From NCBI RefSeq assembly GCF_009914755.1, contig NC_060927.1: DNA of 64,000 nt. The stretch is one strand, 5' to 3'. The notes below the pieces were generated by a model. The model saw nothing but the letters and a program-made list of their open reading frames with translations, did not search any database and was not told the origin of the DNA. Below are positions 1 through 14,790 of the stretch, piece after piece (positions within the stretch are counted from its first letter, which is position 1; every line of letters starts with the position of its first letter). Position numbers and translations under genes: made by a program. The stretch is from the human T2T-CHM13v2.0 reference genome, Homo sapiens.

Positions 1-8
1 TACATTTA

Positions 9-187
9 CAAGAAAAAAGAAAGAGAGAGAGAGGAAAAGAGGAAGAGAGAAATAAATAAAGGAAAAAAAGGAAAGAAAGAAGGGAGGGCGAGAGAGAGGG
101 AAGGAGGGAAGGAGGAAGGAAGGAAGGAAGGGAGGGAGGAATGAAGGAGGAAGGAAGGAAGGGAGGGAGGAATGAAGGAGGAAAGAA
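9..187. repeat. GA-rich / (GGAA)n polypurine tract
   Basis: Almost pure purine run of GGAA, GGGA and GA units. Confidence 0.95.
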
Positions 188-2072
188 GGGGTTCTCAACC
201 AGCGGTGATTTAAAAACACAGTTTATTGAAGTATAATTCCCATGACATAAAAGTAACCGTTGTAAAGTGGACAATTCGGTTGCATTTAATACAGGCACGA
301 TGTTGCACAACCACCACTATCCTCTTGGAAAACATTTGCATCAATCCAAAGAAAGAAGCTCTTACCAATTAGTAAATTTCTCCCCATTTTCTCCCTTTCA
401 CTTTCCAGGCCGCAACAACTACCAATCTGTCCTCTGCCTATGTAGATTTATCAGTTCTGGATATTTTGTATAAATGGATTCATGCAATATATGACCTTTG
501 TGTCCAGCTTCTTTCACTTAGTATAATATTTTCAAGGTTTATCTACGTTTCGGCGTGTGTCAGAACCTCATTGCTCTTTATGGCTGAATAATATTCCATT
601 TTATGTACATATCACAATTTGTTTGTTAGTTGAGCATTTGGGCTGTTTCCACCATTTGGCTATTTTGAATGTGCTACTATAAGCATGTGTGTACAGGTAC
701 TTGTTTGAGTGCCAGTTTTCAGTTATTTAGGGTATATACCTGGGACTGAAATGATAGGGTTACAAGGTGGTTCTATGTGGAGTTTTTTGGAAACCACAAA
801 ACGTTTCCAGTACCACACTGTTTTGATTATCATACATTCATATTTAGCTTTAAAACTGGGAAGTATAAGTCCTTCAAGTTTGTTCTTTTTCCAAGTTATT
901 TTGGCTATTCAGGCCCTTGCAATTACATAGAAATTTGAAAATCAGCTTTTCCATAACCGTTTTCTAAAAAAGCCATTGGAATTTTAACAGGGATTGCCTT
1001 GAATCTGCAATCACATGAGTAGTTAACACTGACATCTTAACCACATTAAGCCTCCTAATCCATGAACATAAGATATCTTTCTATTTATTAGATCTTCTTT
1101 AATTAATGTCAGCAATATTTTCTAGTTCTCAGTGTACAAGTCTTTCACTTTCTCTGTTACATTTATTCATGGGTATTTTATCCTTCAGAATGCTATTATA
1201 CGTTGATGTTTTTTTCTTAATGTGCTTTTCAGATAATTGCTGGCATATAGGAACATAACTAATTTTTGTCCTTATTTTTTATTTGTTTTTTAATTTAGTT
1301 TATAAAACTAATTTTTATATTTTGATCTTCTACCTACAACTTTGCTGAATTTGTCCTTTAGTAGCTTTTTGGAAGACTGAGATTTTTATATGTAAGATTA
1401 TGCAATCTGCAAATGGACATGGTTTTGTTATTTATTTTCTTCCCAATTTAGATACCTTTTATTCAGTTTTCTTGCCTACTTGCTCTGGTTAGAACTTCCA
1501 GTACAGTGTTGAACAGCAATGGTGAAGGAGACTATTCAAGTCTTGTTCCCGATCAGAGTGGGACAGATGTCAGTCTTTTACCATTGAGTATGATGTTAGT
1601 TGCAGGTTTCCCTCCAATGTCCTTTATTTTGAGAAAGTTTCTTTGTAGTCCTAGTTTTCTGAATGTTTTTATCATGAAAGTGTTTTGGACTGTGTTAAAT
1701 GATTTTCTGTGCATTAATTGATATGATCATATGAGGTTTTCTCTCCCCTTCATTCTATTAAGATGGGGTATTCCTCTGATTGTTTCCTTATGTTGAACCA
1801 CCCCTACATTCCTGGGACAAATCCCGATTGGCCATAATGTATAATTCTTTTAATATTCTGTTGGACTAGAGGTGATTTTGGCTCCCAGTTTATATTAGCA
1901 ATGTCAAGATATTTTTGATTGTCATAACTGGAGGAGGGTGCTACTGGCATCTGGTGCATGAAGACAAGGATGCTCCTGGATGTTCTACAACAGAGAGGAA
2001 AGCGTTCCTTTGTCTCACAACAAAGGATTAGCCAGGCCAACGCGCCAACACCACCCAGATTGAGAAACCCTG
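188..2072. mobile_element. MER20 (hAT-Charlie) split by an L1: pieces 188-211 and 1868-2072
   Basis: ggggttctcaaccagcggtgattt ... ggtgattttggctccc...gtcataactgg...ctactggcatct...ttgagaaaccctg matches MER20; ag(c/a)ggtgattt is duplicated at both L1 ends. Confidence 0.85.
212..1867 (-). mobile_element. L1MB-type LINE-1, 5'-truncated, with internal deletion near 820
   Basis: Antisense L1MB 3' end (tttattgaagtataattc...gttgcacaaccaccact) followed by antisense ORF2-like sequence (agaacttccagtacagtgttgaacagcaatggtga). Confidence 0.88.
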
Positions 2073-2099
2073 AATTATACCAACCCTGCTACTATTCTT

Positions 2100-2840
2100 G
2101 GTATACCCCACCCTTATCTCTCTAGCCTGTCATTCTGTCTTTTCCCCTCCATCTCCTCCAAACACATAACTTTGTGTTTCAGTACTCCAACCACACTGAA
2201 CCTCACTTAATTTCTTCTCTTAGTCAAGTTACCTTTGGCCTATTATCTTCCACACCTGTACTTTTTCTAATCCGAACATCCTGTCCCATAAGAATGATAT
2301 AATCGAGTTTGGGGACTCAGGGTTGGGGGAGATTGGGAGGGACCTGAGAGATAAAAGAACACATATTGGGTATAGTGTACACTGGTCTAGTGATAGGTGC
2401 TCTAAAATCTCAGACATCCCTGCTAAAGAACTTATACATGTAACAAAAAACCACCTGTATCCTAAACATTATTGAAATTTTTTTTAAGAGAAAGAACATC
2501 CCTTCCGCTTCTTCACTCCCCAACATCATCACCTGGTTTTACTTATTATGATTCAATTTTCGGCCACTTCCTCCATGAAGATTTTCTGACTTTCCTTAGA
2601 CCAAATGAGTTACTTGTGCTGCATTTTTCCCAAACACCAGCATTGCCCATGCCATAGCACTTATCAGAGTTTATTAAAATCACGTGTTAATTTCTACAAG
2701 GTCTGGGAGGGTCGTATTATTGCTCCTATTTGCTCACTATTGTATCTTCAAGACCCAGATCAGTGCCAGTCACAAAGTAGTCATTTTGTTATTCTTGTTT
2801 TTAAGTTATAGAATGAATACAAGAATAAATGAATAAATCA
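2100..2840 (+). mobile_element. L2 fragment interrupted by an L1 3' end
   Basis: L2-like body ending gaatgaatacaagaataaatgaat. Confidence 0.6.
2288..2493 (+). mobile_element. L1PB-type 3' end
   Basis: ggggactcaggg...ataaaagaacacatattgggtatagtgtacactg...ctaaaatctcaga; imperfect TSD gaacatcc at 2274 and 2494. Confidence 0.8.
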
Positions 2841-4249
2841 GCCTAAATTTTTCTGTATCTGGAACATTCAGGAAATGTGATAGTTAAGAAATATGTTAAT
2901 GTTTTATGTGTGTACACCTCAGATATGCCTGAGAAACAGAAATAACCAATGGAAATATTTTTATTTTAGTTATCTAAATCTTTACTTATCTGTCTTGGCC
3001 CTAATTGACTAAAACTATATCTGATTTTTTAAAAATTCTCAAATGTTTGATTCAGTATCTGTGCAGACTGAGACACAGACCCAAAGCTTTACAGTGTGAA
3101 TTTTTAAAACTAAATCTTGAATAAATTATCAGATACATAAGCAAAATTTGGAAGGGAAATTTGGGACAAAAGAAAGCAGTTCATTTTAGCCTTTTACATC
3201 AATGGGCTTGGAACATGACTTCCAAGGAATTGCTGGTGTTCCCTGGCAGTGCCCAATTTCTGAAGAAAGAAGCAAAATGTAATCTGCACACAGTCAAATG
3301 CCAGAGGCAATGTGAGTATTATGCAGGTTCAAACCAGGTCAGAATAAAAATGACTACTAACCAGCCATTCAGCTTGTAAAATGATAGAAGAACTAGTTCT
3401 TGCTTATTGCCCTTAACAAATATTAAAAAATAAGTCAGAGTGTCAGCTACTAGATGCACCAAGTTTTAGTGCTGCTTTATGGGCTAGAAGTGTTTCAAGT
3501 AAGAGTTGGCTGTGATGTGAATTTCTGTAAATTAAAGCTTAGCTTTCCACTTAATCTAATCAAAGTACCGGTAATATATTCTAATGATGATATGACAACC
3601 ACAGACATATTGAGATAGTATCATTTTAGGAGAAAAGATTTGAGACAAAAGCCAACTCCATGTTATGATGGTGAACTAGATAATGTTCTGCTTTTCGGGC
3701 ACTGTAGTTTTCAGTTTGCTTTTAGTTTCAGTTTGGCTTTAGTTTGGATTTATATTTCACAGGATTTTTCAAATTGTATTCTCTCTTTCCACCGTTAACT
3801 ATACCCCAAAACACGCTAGAATCGTAGGAATTCTCCTAGGCCTAAGAATCTTCTCAAGCAATATTATTTACCCCAGAGTATTTTTGTCTTTCCCATATGA
3901 TTGTCTAAATATTTAAATCAATGACTGATTTTGAGAAAGTTGCTGGTTTTATTAGCTTATTTTCCTTGAAGGCTTTCTAAGCCTCCATTCCTCACTGGAA
4001 AATGGAAAGGTATACCGAAAGTTGAATCAGTATGTGATTTTCAAAAACATGTATATACATGTATTCAAATGTGTCCTAATTATAAATGTTTATTAAAATA
4101 AATATGATTCTACTGGTTAAGATAAACCAGATTCTCTAATTTCCCTCCTTTGTCTTGCCATGTAGAATGGTGAGAGTCCATTTGGCTCAGAGAATGTTCA
4201 GTTTGACCTTTTCCAGTCAGTTTATCTAAAGCAGCAGCAATGATTTCCA

Positions 4250-4475
4250 ATCTCATTATACCCCAGGTCACTGTCTTATTATCACATTTATTCCCCTCTT
4301 CATACTTATCACAATCTTTGTTAATTGTAACTCTGCCTATTTTCCTACTGTCTGTCACCACCATCTTTAGAATAAGAGCTCCATCATGGCAGTGAGCATG
4401 TTTGCCTTGTTCAATTTTGTATCACTGACATGAAGAGCTCTTAGCACACTCATCAATCAATATTTGTTAAATGAG
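4250..4475 (+). mobile_element. L2 3' end
   Basis: tagaataagagctccatcatggcag...tcaatatttgttaaatga. Confidence 0.65.
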
Positions 4476-7289
4476 CTTTTCTTGGCTGCAGACACCACAT
4501 TTTATTGACTGGAAACAATGTCTTGAGCCAAGCCTGAAGAGAAGAGAAAGTCATAATCTTTACATTCAGAGTTACTTCCTGTGTCCCTTCAACGTGATTC
4601 TTCCAACATCACCAAGGAACTTCCTACATGATTGAAGAAAAGATAGAAAGAAAGTCATCTGGAGAGTTAACACATTTCCCATTGGTGCTGAATATTATCT
4701 CCTAATATTCTGAAGATGTCATCACCAGGTCAATGGAATCTCAATATCCTAAGTTATATATAGACATCTGCATACATATGTACATTATATACAAATACAA
4801 TATTATTTAATACAAATTATATAAAAGTATACAAATTATATAAAAGTAAATTTAGTTTTTATATATTTTATATGTGCTATATATAATTTATACATGCTTC
4901 TGTAAAAGTGTTTACTATTTCATTTACGAGCAAAATAGAAAAGTTGAAAATGCCTGTTTTTCCCTACTAAGGGATGTGGAAATAGGGTTGCTTCAAAGAC
5001 ACATTCTAGCACAGTTTAATAATAATTACTCAATCACCACAGACAGGAAAAAGTTAATTTATTTGGAAACTCAACTTTATATAAATGTTACTAGTATATA
5101 CCAATGACAGTATTACATAATGGACAAAAGGATAAATATTTAATAAGTTTGATACTTCAGGTACAGTAAGTAAAAATCCATTTTTAATTACATAAATTCT
5201 TTAAGTTTAAAGTTACCTAGTCAAATTTATCTGTACTGATAGCTGCTGTCAGAATTACATGTAAACGCATAGACCTCTCTAAGTGATTATGTTGTATTCT
5301 TCTATAACAATGAGATTCAGTAAAAGCCGTAAATGATAACACTAGCCAATAATTTGATTCAACCAACACAACCAGAAGAAGCCTGTGAAGTCAATAAACC
5401 AGTTCCATGTCTTATATACAAAAATAATAGGTTGATTGAATTTTTACTTTCTGAATCTGTTACTTTGATACTTATTCTAGACATTAAATATATTTTGTTG
5501 ATTGAATTTTTGCACACTGAGAAAATACAATCTAAATATAGCTGGAGGGTCTTTTCTATTTTTTTCCAAATTTTTCAGGCCTTTCATTCGGCCAAAGCAA
5601 CAATTGATGTGGTATTTTCTAATATCTGATACAGCTTTTCAATTTTGTGTGTGTGTATATATACATGAAACACAGATTGTTCAAGGGGAACAGAAGCCTA
5701 TGAGATATAGAAACCAAAGGATATGCCTTTTAAATTGAGTGAGCACAGTCTTTAGGGCCTACAGTTTCAAAGTTTTGTATTAGGGAATGGCTGACCACAG
5801 AAATTTTTCTAAATTAAGTGCATACCAACTAGAATTACACAATTGGCTTCCGTTTTGCTACTTGAAGCTCCCACCTTGAGCTGGTTTCACTCACTTATTG
5901 TTGAATTATAGAGACAGTTGTAACTAAATTTGACTCTTTTACCTCATCCTTTTGAAATTGTGATCTTTCTTCCATCTCCAAATATAATTTTGCAGACCAT
6001 GACCTTCAACATTACTTCTGCATCATAAATGTGATTTTGGCATCTTGTTGCAGAATGCCTACTCTGAGGCCTTAATTCTCACATCTGATGATACCCTGAG
6101 GATGACATGTGAGGCCAAGAGGGAGTGAAGCCTCATCCCCACTTTGTGCTTCTTTATTAACCAGGTAACAGTTATAGTGTTCTTTGTCATCTGGTCAACA
6201 TCACTAATTTATCCTGTGCACAATTGGAGGATCACCTAGTCCAACTGCCTCCCCACTCCACAATTTGTCAAAGAGCTAACACTCAATGAAGCAAAGTACA
6301 TTCCAAAAATCACACAGAAAATTAGGCATGGTACCTGCACCAACACTTAAGTATATAAATCAACGATTATCTAGAGAAGCCTGGAGTGATGGGATCATTG
6401 AGTTTAGAAACTAAGAACATAGCTGTGCTGGTTTTAGAGAAATAAAGTCACTATTCACCTATTCTATTTTCCTTTTCCTTTTGAGTGCCAACATCCTCCT
6501 GCAGATGCATATATTTATTTACAGAGCAACATGCTTGTGTTAGCTGTTTGTTTCTAAAGTTTTTAAAAAAATGACATTAGAACTTCCAATTTTCTCTTTA
6601 GCAACCCAAACACATTTAAATTATAAATTGAAATATATTGCACTTTTAATAGTTCAAGCTTTCTGAGTACTATTCAGTTCCATAAAACCATTTTGGATAG
6701 GTAACTTTTTTATTTCTTATCTTCTCTAATCTTCACTTCAATATTGGAACAACTAGATATATGCCTTCTTTTGTTTGCATAATTTTTCTTTTTAGTGTTT
6801 ATGTAAATACATAGAAGGTAAAAATTAGTGAACTATATTCAAGGAAGGGTGTTAGAATACTAATGTAGCTAATGCTGTGCTTGGGAACTACTTAGGGAGA
6901 AATAGATTGGTTTAAAAAGGAAGTTATAGAATTTAATCAATCTTGAGAGACCAGCAGCATGCTATTGTGGAACTATAACTTTAGAGAACATCTATATGAC
7001 AGTATGATCACCAAAAACTTCAGCATATGCTGCCAAGATAATGTGCATATTTTAAGTGCAAGTTAGAGGGCTCCACCTTCCCTTTTTGCCTGTGGTCTCC
7101 TGATTATAGCACTCAAAGTATTGCATCTGGGTAATCCTCCATTCCCAGGCGACTTGAGAAATTTGATCCCGTTGGTGTGACCAAAATTTCCAAGTGAAAT
7201 ACAGAAATTGTACCGTCTTCATGCATATAGGCACAGGCTGGGGAAAGGTTTGGGATGACTTTTGGCTTTGCCCTTTCCTGTTTTGTGAC

Positions 7290-7450
7290 CTACAGTAAAT
7301 TACCCAACTTTCTGCACAGTCACTTTGCATTTTTTCGTAAAATGTGAATAATAATGCCTTTCTCACACTTATTTTGGAGATTAAACATAAATATGAATGT
7401 GCAATGAATTCTAATATGCAAAGTGCTATATTTATTAAATATAAGATGTT
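7290..7450 (+). mobile_element. MIR
   Basis: MIR core-like cgtaaaatgtgaataataatgcc...ggagattaaa. Confidence 0.6.
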
Positions 7451-8029
7451 TTCTGTAACTCCAGCAAGTTTCCAGTGTCAATGTTGGTATATCCAACACT
7501 TCCTACATGACATCTGCTGGAGGCACATGTCTATAACTGAAAGTTAAATGTATGTGACTTCTACATGAATTTAAGTATGAATTTCTATATATTTATCAAT
7601 AGTTATTGATTTCACGTCTCAAGTCATGCTTTTGAAAACTATTTACATCAAGACTCTATTCATTTGTATAAAATAGTTTGTTTTTTAAAAACAGTTTTTC
7701 AAGACTTTTATAAAATAATATCCTTTTGAATAGATACATACATATACAGGTAAATCTAGATATATTTTTAATGTTGAGTTTAAGAAGTAGTTTAAAAAGC
7801 AAATCTTTAATTTTTAGTGTGATTTATCTATTAAAAGTCCTGTCTTCTCTATATTCTCTCTACTTAATGAAAAAGCCGATTGCAAAACAAGAAGATTGAT
7901 TAGGGGTAATAAGCTTGGTATTCTAGTAATAAAAATCCTTGCCAAAGTCCAATCTTTACACAGGACATTGACTTTATTTCAAGGCCAATTTCTAACCCTA
8001 TATCTAAAACATGGCAGGGGTTTAATCAT

Positions 8030-8516
8030 TGTAGCAGATGCTGTCTATGCCCTTAGTGAATCTCCTACCCTCGCTCCCTTCACCCCTAGGATTTGCCACT
8101 GTAACCCTGAAAGATAACACGGTGAAAACCTAACTAAGTATCCCTGACTGAAGGCTATTTTCTGGCCTAGGAAGCGTGCTTTCCTCCAAGCAAGAAAAAG
8201 CAGAAGTGCCTGAGAGTTAATGCTCCCCAGAGCAACTCTCAAGCAATTATAGATGGGGAATTGATAAATAAATACCCATCTTTCTAGCCCCGTTGTTGAG
8301 TTCCTGAGCATTGTTCTGCACCACCTTCCAGTGGTCCCCAGAGGAACTGAGATCCAGTTGATGACACTGGCAAATGGCTTGATAACAAACCTTCACTGGC
8401 TTCATTCTCTTTCTGAGTAACCCACTATCCTAGCAATGTTTCTTGGGATCCCAACTAAACTTGCATTCAAATCCTTGATTCAGAATCTATTTTGGGGGGG
8501 ATCTCAAATGAAGACA
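8030..8516 (+). mobile_element. LTR16-family solo LTR (ERVL)
   Basis: TG...CA termini: tgtagcagatgctgtc ... aaatccttgattcagaatctattttggggggga...aagaca. Confidence 0.75.
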
Positions 8517-10223
8517 ACAATGTTTGATCAGTACATCAATTGACATGTATGAAAAAATGTGCACATATGCAGACAAGAAAGCTTCTGCCTGTCTGTGTCA
8601 AAATAGGAATGATTTGTCTTTCTTTAACCTGGTTTATAGCAACTATTAGAAATGGAATTCAACTAAGTGTTGCAAGAAGTCCATCATTTATAAATTAAGA
8701 TGGAACTTACTTACTGTACTTTGTCTCCAGAGATTCTTTGAGTGTAAATAACATAGACAAAATCATGGAATATTAAGAATGGCAAAGGAACTGAGAACTC
8801 TTTCTCACAGCTATCAGGTTGTTCCAGCGAAATAACAGGCAGACCCTGGAGATGTTCCATAAAGCTGGCTGCTGCTAAGGTCTGCTCTGATACCTGCTAT
8901 GTGATAAAAGTTCCTGACACTTAGCAGGAGTTGATGTCCTGGTATTCCACCTGCAAATGGTAGGTCTGCAGGGCACACCAAGCACGATGATATTCATCCT
9001 GGAAATGTAGTGCTGAGCTCAGAAGTAAGTAGGGTGTTAATTATCCATGACTAGTCACATAAAATCATGTCTTATACTCAGTTCTGGCCTGGAATGCAGG
9101 GTACACAAAGGGAGGTACTCATTGATACCAGCAGGAGCTATATGCAAGCTTCCAAAGGAACAATTAGTCCTTCAGTGCCTCATTCAAAGGCTGCTTAGGG
9201 GGTTGCTCTCCTTGAGTTAATGGGAGTATGAGTGTTCAATGAATGGAGATTAGCCCCAGAAGACAGGGAAGCAAATTAAACCCCTATTTTGATTTGAATT
9301 GGGAGTGAATAAAGTGTTCACTGCTCACTAAACTCAAGTGAAGTTAACATGCAGGAATGAATGGAGACTAACTTCTCTGTGTGGCAAGGAAGACCTCAAG
9401 GCAGTTAGCACCTGGGAACCTCCAGGGATAGAGCTGAGACAGAGGTGGTCATTCATCATTCTCTGGGGTGATAAGAGTTTTTCAGTAAATGCTGTATCAA
9501 TGTAGATAAATCTTCCTAGAACCAATAAAAATGCCCTTTGCCTTTTCTATCTTCTGTTACAAGTAATTGCTATTCACCTTGTTATGAATATCTTGAAAGT
9601 AGTCACAGAGTACTTGGAGTGCCTGCGGGATGGAAAGTTTGAAGGAAAAATGTAGCCGTATATCATTGGCATTCATGAGAAAATTCAGATTAGATGTTTG
9701 AAAGGCAGGTCCCCAGGAGGCAATAGAGAAATCAGGAACAATATTGTGCCAAAAATACCACTCTGGCCAGGACATCAGGGAGTTTATGTCAGGTAGAGTG
9801 AAGGAAAGCAATTTGGAAAGAAAAGATATATGTGCTTTTCTATATGCATTTAGTTTATTTATATGCGTACATCCTCTGAAAAACTAGTATGTTCTGGGAA
9901 TCGACAAGCAGATTGGGCCTGACACTTCTAAAATATGTAACTGTGTTTATGTTTCTTTTACTCTAAAAACTCTGAATAACATCTTGTAATATGATCAATA
10001 CTTTTTCAAACTCATGTCTTTTAAAAATCTGTTTGCAACCAATAAGCCAAAAATGGGATGTGCTCAAATATCATTTTACATTTGGGAGGTCAAGTTTATG
10101 CCATTGGACTTTACGTGCAGATTACAAAATATTTTTTCTTTCTAAAGACACACCTACTCTGGTGTCCTAAAAATCAGTTATCTCATTGATGACACACCAG
10201 AGATATATGTTTTTTAAAATGTG

Positions 10224-10442
10224 GGCTGGGTATGGTGGTTGAAGCCTGTGATCCCAGCTCTTTGAGAAGCTGAGGCAGGAGGATCATTTGAGACAAGGAG
10301 TTTGAGAATAGCCTGGGCAACATAGAAAGACCCTGTTTGGGGCAGGAGGATCATTTGAACCCAGGGGTTCAAGGTTGCAGTGAGCTGTGATCCCACTACT
10401 GCATTCCAGCCTGGATAACAGAGGGAAACTCTGTCTAAAAAA

Positions 10443-10473
<31 letters not shown>
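10224..10473 (+). mobile_element. AluJ with internal deletion of the linker; (TAAA)n tail
   Basis: Left arm joins the right arm directly at ccctgttt/ggggcaggaggatc. Confidence 0.9.
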
Positions 10474-11119
10474 CGTGAAGATGTTGTGGATGATATCATC
10501 CTTGCTGGGGGTCACTTTACTGCACAAAGAATTTCACTTCTTTCCCTCTTCTAGAGTGTTTGAATAACAGTCACTTGACGACAGTTAGTTCAGCTTAAGC
10601 CTACTTACTTTTCTTCATTCCCTTTATTTAAAAAAGTCTTATGTGTCTGCTTTCAAGGAGACTCTCCTGAATTCTATCAAGATAACAAGAAGAACAATAA
10701 CTCAAAATTATTATTGCTTCTGAGAGGCTTTTTCTATAATATACCTGAAATACATTTAAGGCACTCATAAGTAGCAACCAATCACCCACTCATTCATTGA
10801 ATAAATATAAGTTAGTGCATCATGTATACAAGGACACATACACAAGATCCTGAAAAATACACCAAGCAATATGCCGAAAAAGGAGACGTGCCGCAAATAT
10901 TTTGTTTATTCATTAAAGATAAATTGATTAGAAGTTGAAAGGAAAGTGGAAGTACTTTTAAATGAAGGTTTAATGAAAATTTCGTAGAATAAGGTCATCG
11001 AATCTTGACAATGATAAAAATTAGAGAATTCCAAGGAGATGGACCAACATAAACAAAGATAAGACATTCTTCAAATAACTTGATCTTTTCAATTTGGTTG
11101 TTTTGTACTTACTTTTGTA

Positions 11120-11390
11120 GTAATAATAATAATAATAGCAGCTAGTATGTATTGAGAGTGCAGACTGCCTATAAAATATTGTTCTAAGCAGGTTATATGA
11201 GTAAACTTATCCTCACCTTAAATGTGGAAAGTAGCTACCATTATTAGCCCCATTTTACTGATGAGGAAACTAAGGCACAGAAGAGTTAAGTAACTCACAC
11301 AAATCCTTCACCTAGTGAGAGCCACAGGTCAGATTTAAACACTGGCAGCCTGGCTGTATAGCATGGACTCAGCTGTGACTGCCCCCTCTT
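11120..11390 (-). mobile_element. MIR
   Basis: ccccattttactgatgaggaaactaaggcacagaagagttaagtaact. Confidence 0.85.
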
Positions 11391-12451
11391 GAGGCGCTCA
11401 TGGAGCCAGTCAGTGACTTTATTTTCTTTTCCATTTTCCTACAGACATGGGTAGACTGACAAAGTCAATGCTGTCTTGGATATGTGAGCTCAGGGCCATG
11501 CAAGATAAACTCCTAGATTAGGTTGGTAGCTATGCTCTAGAATTAGGACTTCTGATTACATCATGCAGGGAAAAAGGATTACTGTTAGGGAAACATGTGT
11601 TCTCATATTCTTCTTTCCTTCCTCGGATCCTCTAAGTCTAATCAGTAGCCATCAAGACTGAAGCAAAGGCAGTATCTGGAGCAACAGCCTGCTGTGGATC
11701 TCACTACAGCCCTTCCCTTCCTGGATGTTTTCTCAAAAGTACCTTCACAATCAATCGGCCTCCTGTGCTGTAAGCCAGTTAATCTTTTTTTTCAGACTAA
11801 TTCCAAATACATATATCCAGGTAGCTAACAATAATACTGTGCTTCCTGTAAATAATATGGAAAGACCACTCACTGTGAAGTCAAAAGATCTGGGTACAAG
11901 GCCCCGATCGACCATATAACGTCTATGTGCTTTTGATCCGTTACTTGAAGTAGTGTTATATTACTTGGAAGTCGGCCTCCTCCTTTTGGCCACAGCATCT
12001 CGACTTTTATACTTGTCGTTACTGAGTTGCCTGCTCTCCCATCTCAATTTGGAAATCTGAGACCAGAGTTGTTGCTCCATTTACTCAACTAATGTTGCTG
12101 GTGATAGATAGTAGGGCTGTCACGGAGTCCTTTGGATTCCTGGCCCAGTGTTCTTTCCACTGAGCTAGTCTCCTACAGTGTGCTCTGTGGAACCTAAGCC
12201 CTTGGGGAAGCTCTGCAGAAGGTACTTTTTCTTCCCTCTAAATGTGATTTTAGCATCCTGACATAATCCCCTCCACACTGCTAGTAGCCCGTGATACTCT
12301 TGCCTAGACCTGGATACAAATTAAGATCACAGTTTTGTCCCAAGTCACCTACATTCAGAGGGTCCAAAATGTAAAATGATGCTTTTAAAAGAATATGAAG
12401 AATTTATCCTCTGTGGTTACAGGAAAGTTAGCTAATCTCCCTGAACCTGAG

Positions 12452-12497
12452 TTTTGTTTTTTTTGTTTTTTGTTTTGTTTTGTTTTGTTTTGTTTTC
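12452..12497. repeat. (TTTTG)n microsatellite within a MIR remnant
   Basis: Directly visible. Confidence 0.9.
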
Positions 12498-13490
12498 CGG
12501 GTAGTTTAAAAAATCAAATGAGACAATTTATTTAAGAAAGCATCTTTCACATTATAAATCAGTTTACAAAAGCAGGGTACTATTTATATAAACATGAATT
12601 CCAGATATTGGAAGGTGGCAATGTCTGCTGTTAGTAAGAATGCAGGAAGCACACAAGCAGTGTGGAAAAATCTTAGATAATATTTTAGTCCCCTGCCCTT
12701 GGAGAAATGTATCATGAGGTCAGTGGGTGAATTTCTTTGCCTGCAAATTGTATCTCCTTTGGATACAATTTGCAAAGGGCTGAGGAATGAGGTTGGACCC
12801 CCATGCCCCATAGCACAAAGTATTTCTGCTCAGCAGTCATGTATTTTGCAAAAATAACCCACCCACAACGAAGTATTGCCTGATTTAAGGTTCTGCAATT
12901 TCTAAAAGCCAGGGCACTTAAGATACTGAGATGAAATAACATTCCCTGTTCCCAAATGAATAATGCATTTTCTCACTCTTTTTTATTTTTATTATTTCAA
13001 AATTCTTGCCTCTCTTTTGCAGAGAAATTTCCCAGAGTTTTACAGCATCACTGTTGACAGGCAACCACATTTTCCTCCCAAGGCGACTCCTATTTCTGTG
13101 AGGTCAAGATTGACAATGGGAGCACATATCAGGGGATGGGTTGATGGAAGAGAAGGCAAAAGGTCCAATTGTCCAGGGGCTGGGTGGGGACCGTGAACCT
13201 TAGCCAACAGAAACAGAATGGAATCAGTGTACATCCTGCTGTCAGTGCTCTGTGATTATTTTCCCCTTTCCTTCTCCTAATGGATAAGCTTGGAAGAAAG
13301 TGCATTCTTTCTCAGGAGAGAGCTCAGAACTGCAGGGTTTTACTGTATTTATTGTGCTACATATACATATACACACACACATACATAAATACACTGTATA
13401 TACACTACATATATATATTAGTTTCAATAATTCTTTCCTAGGTAGGTCAGAAAATTCACATTGCTATGCATTATTAAAAAGAAGTTATGA

Positions 13491-13897
<407 letters not shown>

Positions 13898-14549
13898 TTA
13901 TGGATATCTTGGGCTCTTTGAAATTTAGAGAGCTCTATTACATCCTTTATTAATTGACCCTAAAAAAATTAGGAGCAGTCTGTGTGGTAGGTAGTATGGT
14001 CACAAGATTTACAGTGGGCAACCCAAGAACAGAGATTCTAAGACTTACTCAAACTACATTGTTAGCTATTGACACGATTAGGACTCTAAGACCTCTGTTA
14101 TTCTTGTCCATGGCTCTTTCCCCTTGATTAGACTTTCCCAAAGTGTGTTCTGTGAAGCGTTCACTGTTGGAAAAGCACTACAGAAAACCGAATCCCATGA
14201 TCATGGAAGTTTGGGAAACAGTGCAGGCTATACCCCTGTCTTCAAGTTCTGTAATGTACACTGGCCCTGGAGAGATACAGAAATCCTGCAGGAAAGGAAC
14301 TGTTTTGCCTTATTTAGCCTTGCATTTTGCATATTATTTAGCTGCATGGTGCTTTTTTTAAGCCCCATAAACACACTGTAGGAAGCCTTACCCTGTGCCA
14401 TCTAGCTTTATAACAACTCAGGGTGGGAGTCCTCAATTTGCACCTCTAATAAGTAGAAATGTTTCTCTTTCAAATGTTCAGATTTGAGCAAAATCTCCCA
14501 GAGTAAGCTTTCGGCAAAATTGTAAAGTCTGTAAGATTGGCCATCGGGA

Positions 14550-14790
14550 TGAAAAACATGGACTCAGGATTCTGATGATACTGGTCAAATGAGGGATTTT
14601 TCTGCCACTTATCATCTGTGTGCACTTTGTCCAGTTACTTAGTTCCTCCCAGTTTCAGTCTCTTCACCTGTAAAATGAAAGCAATAATTGTATACCTCTT
14701 ATTTGACTGCCGTGAAGATGAAATGAGGCAGTGCATGTAACTCCTGGCATAGAATCTCGCTTCTGTTGGGTATTTGAAAAATTCTATTAT
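14550..14790 (+). mobile_element. MIR
   Basis: cagtttcagtctcttcacctgtaaaatg...gtgaagatgaaatga. Confidence 0.75.
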
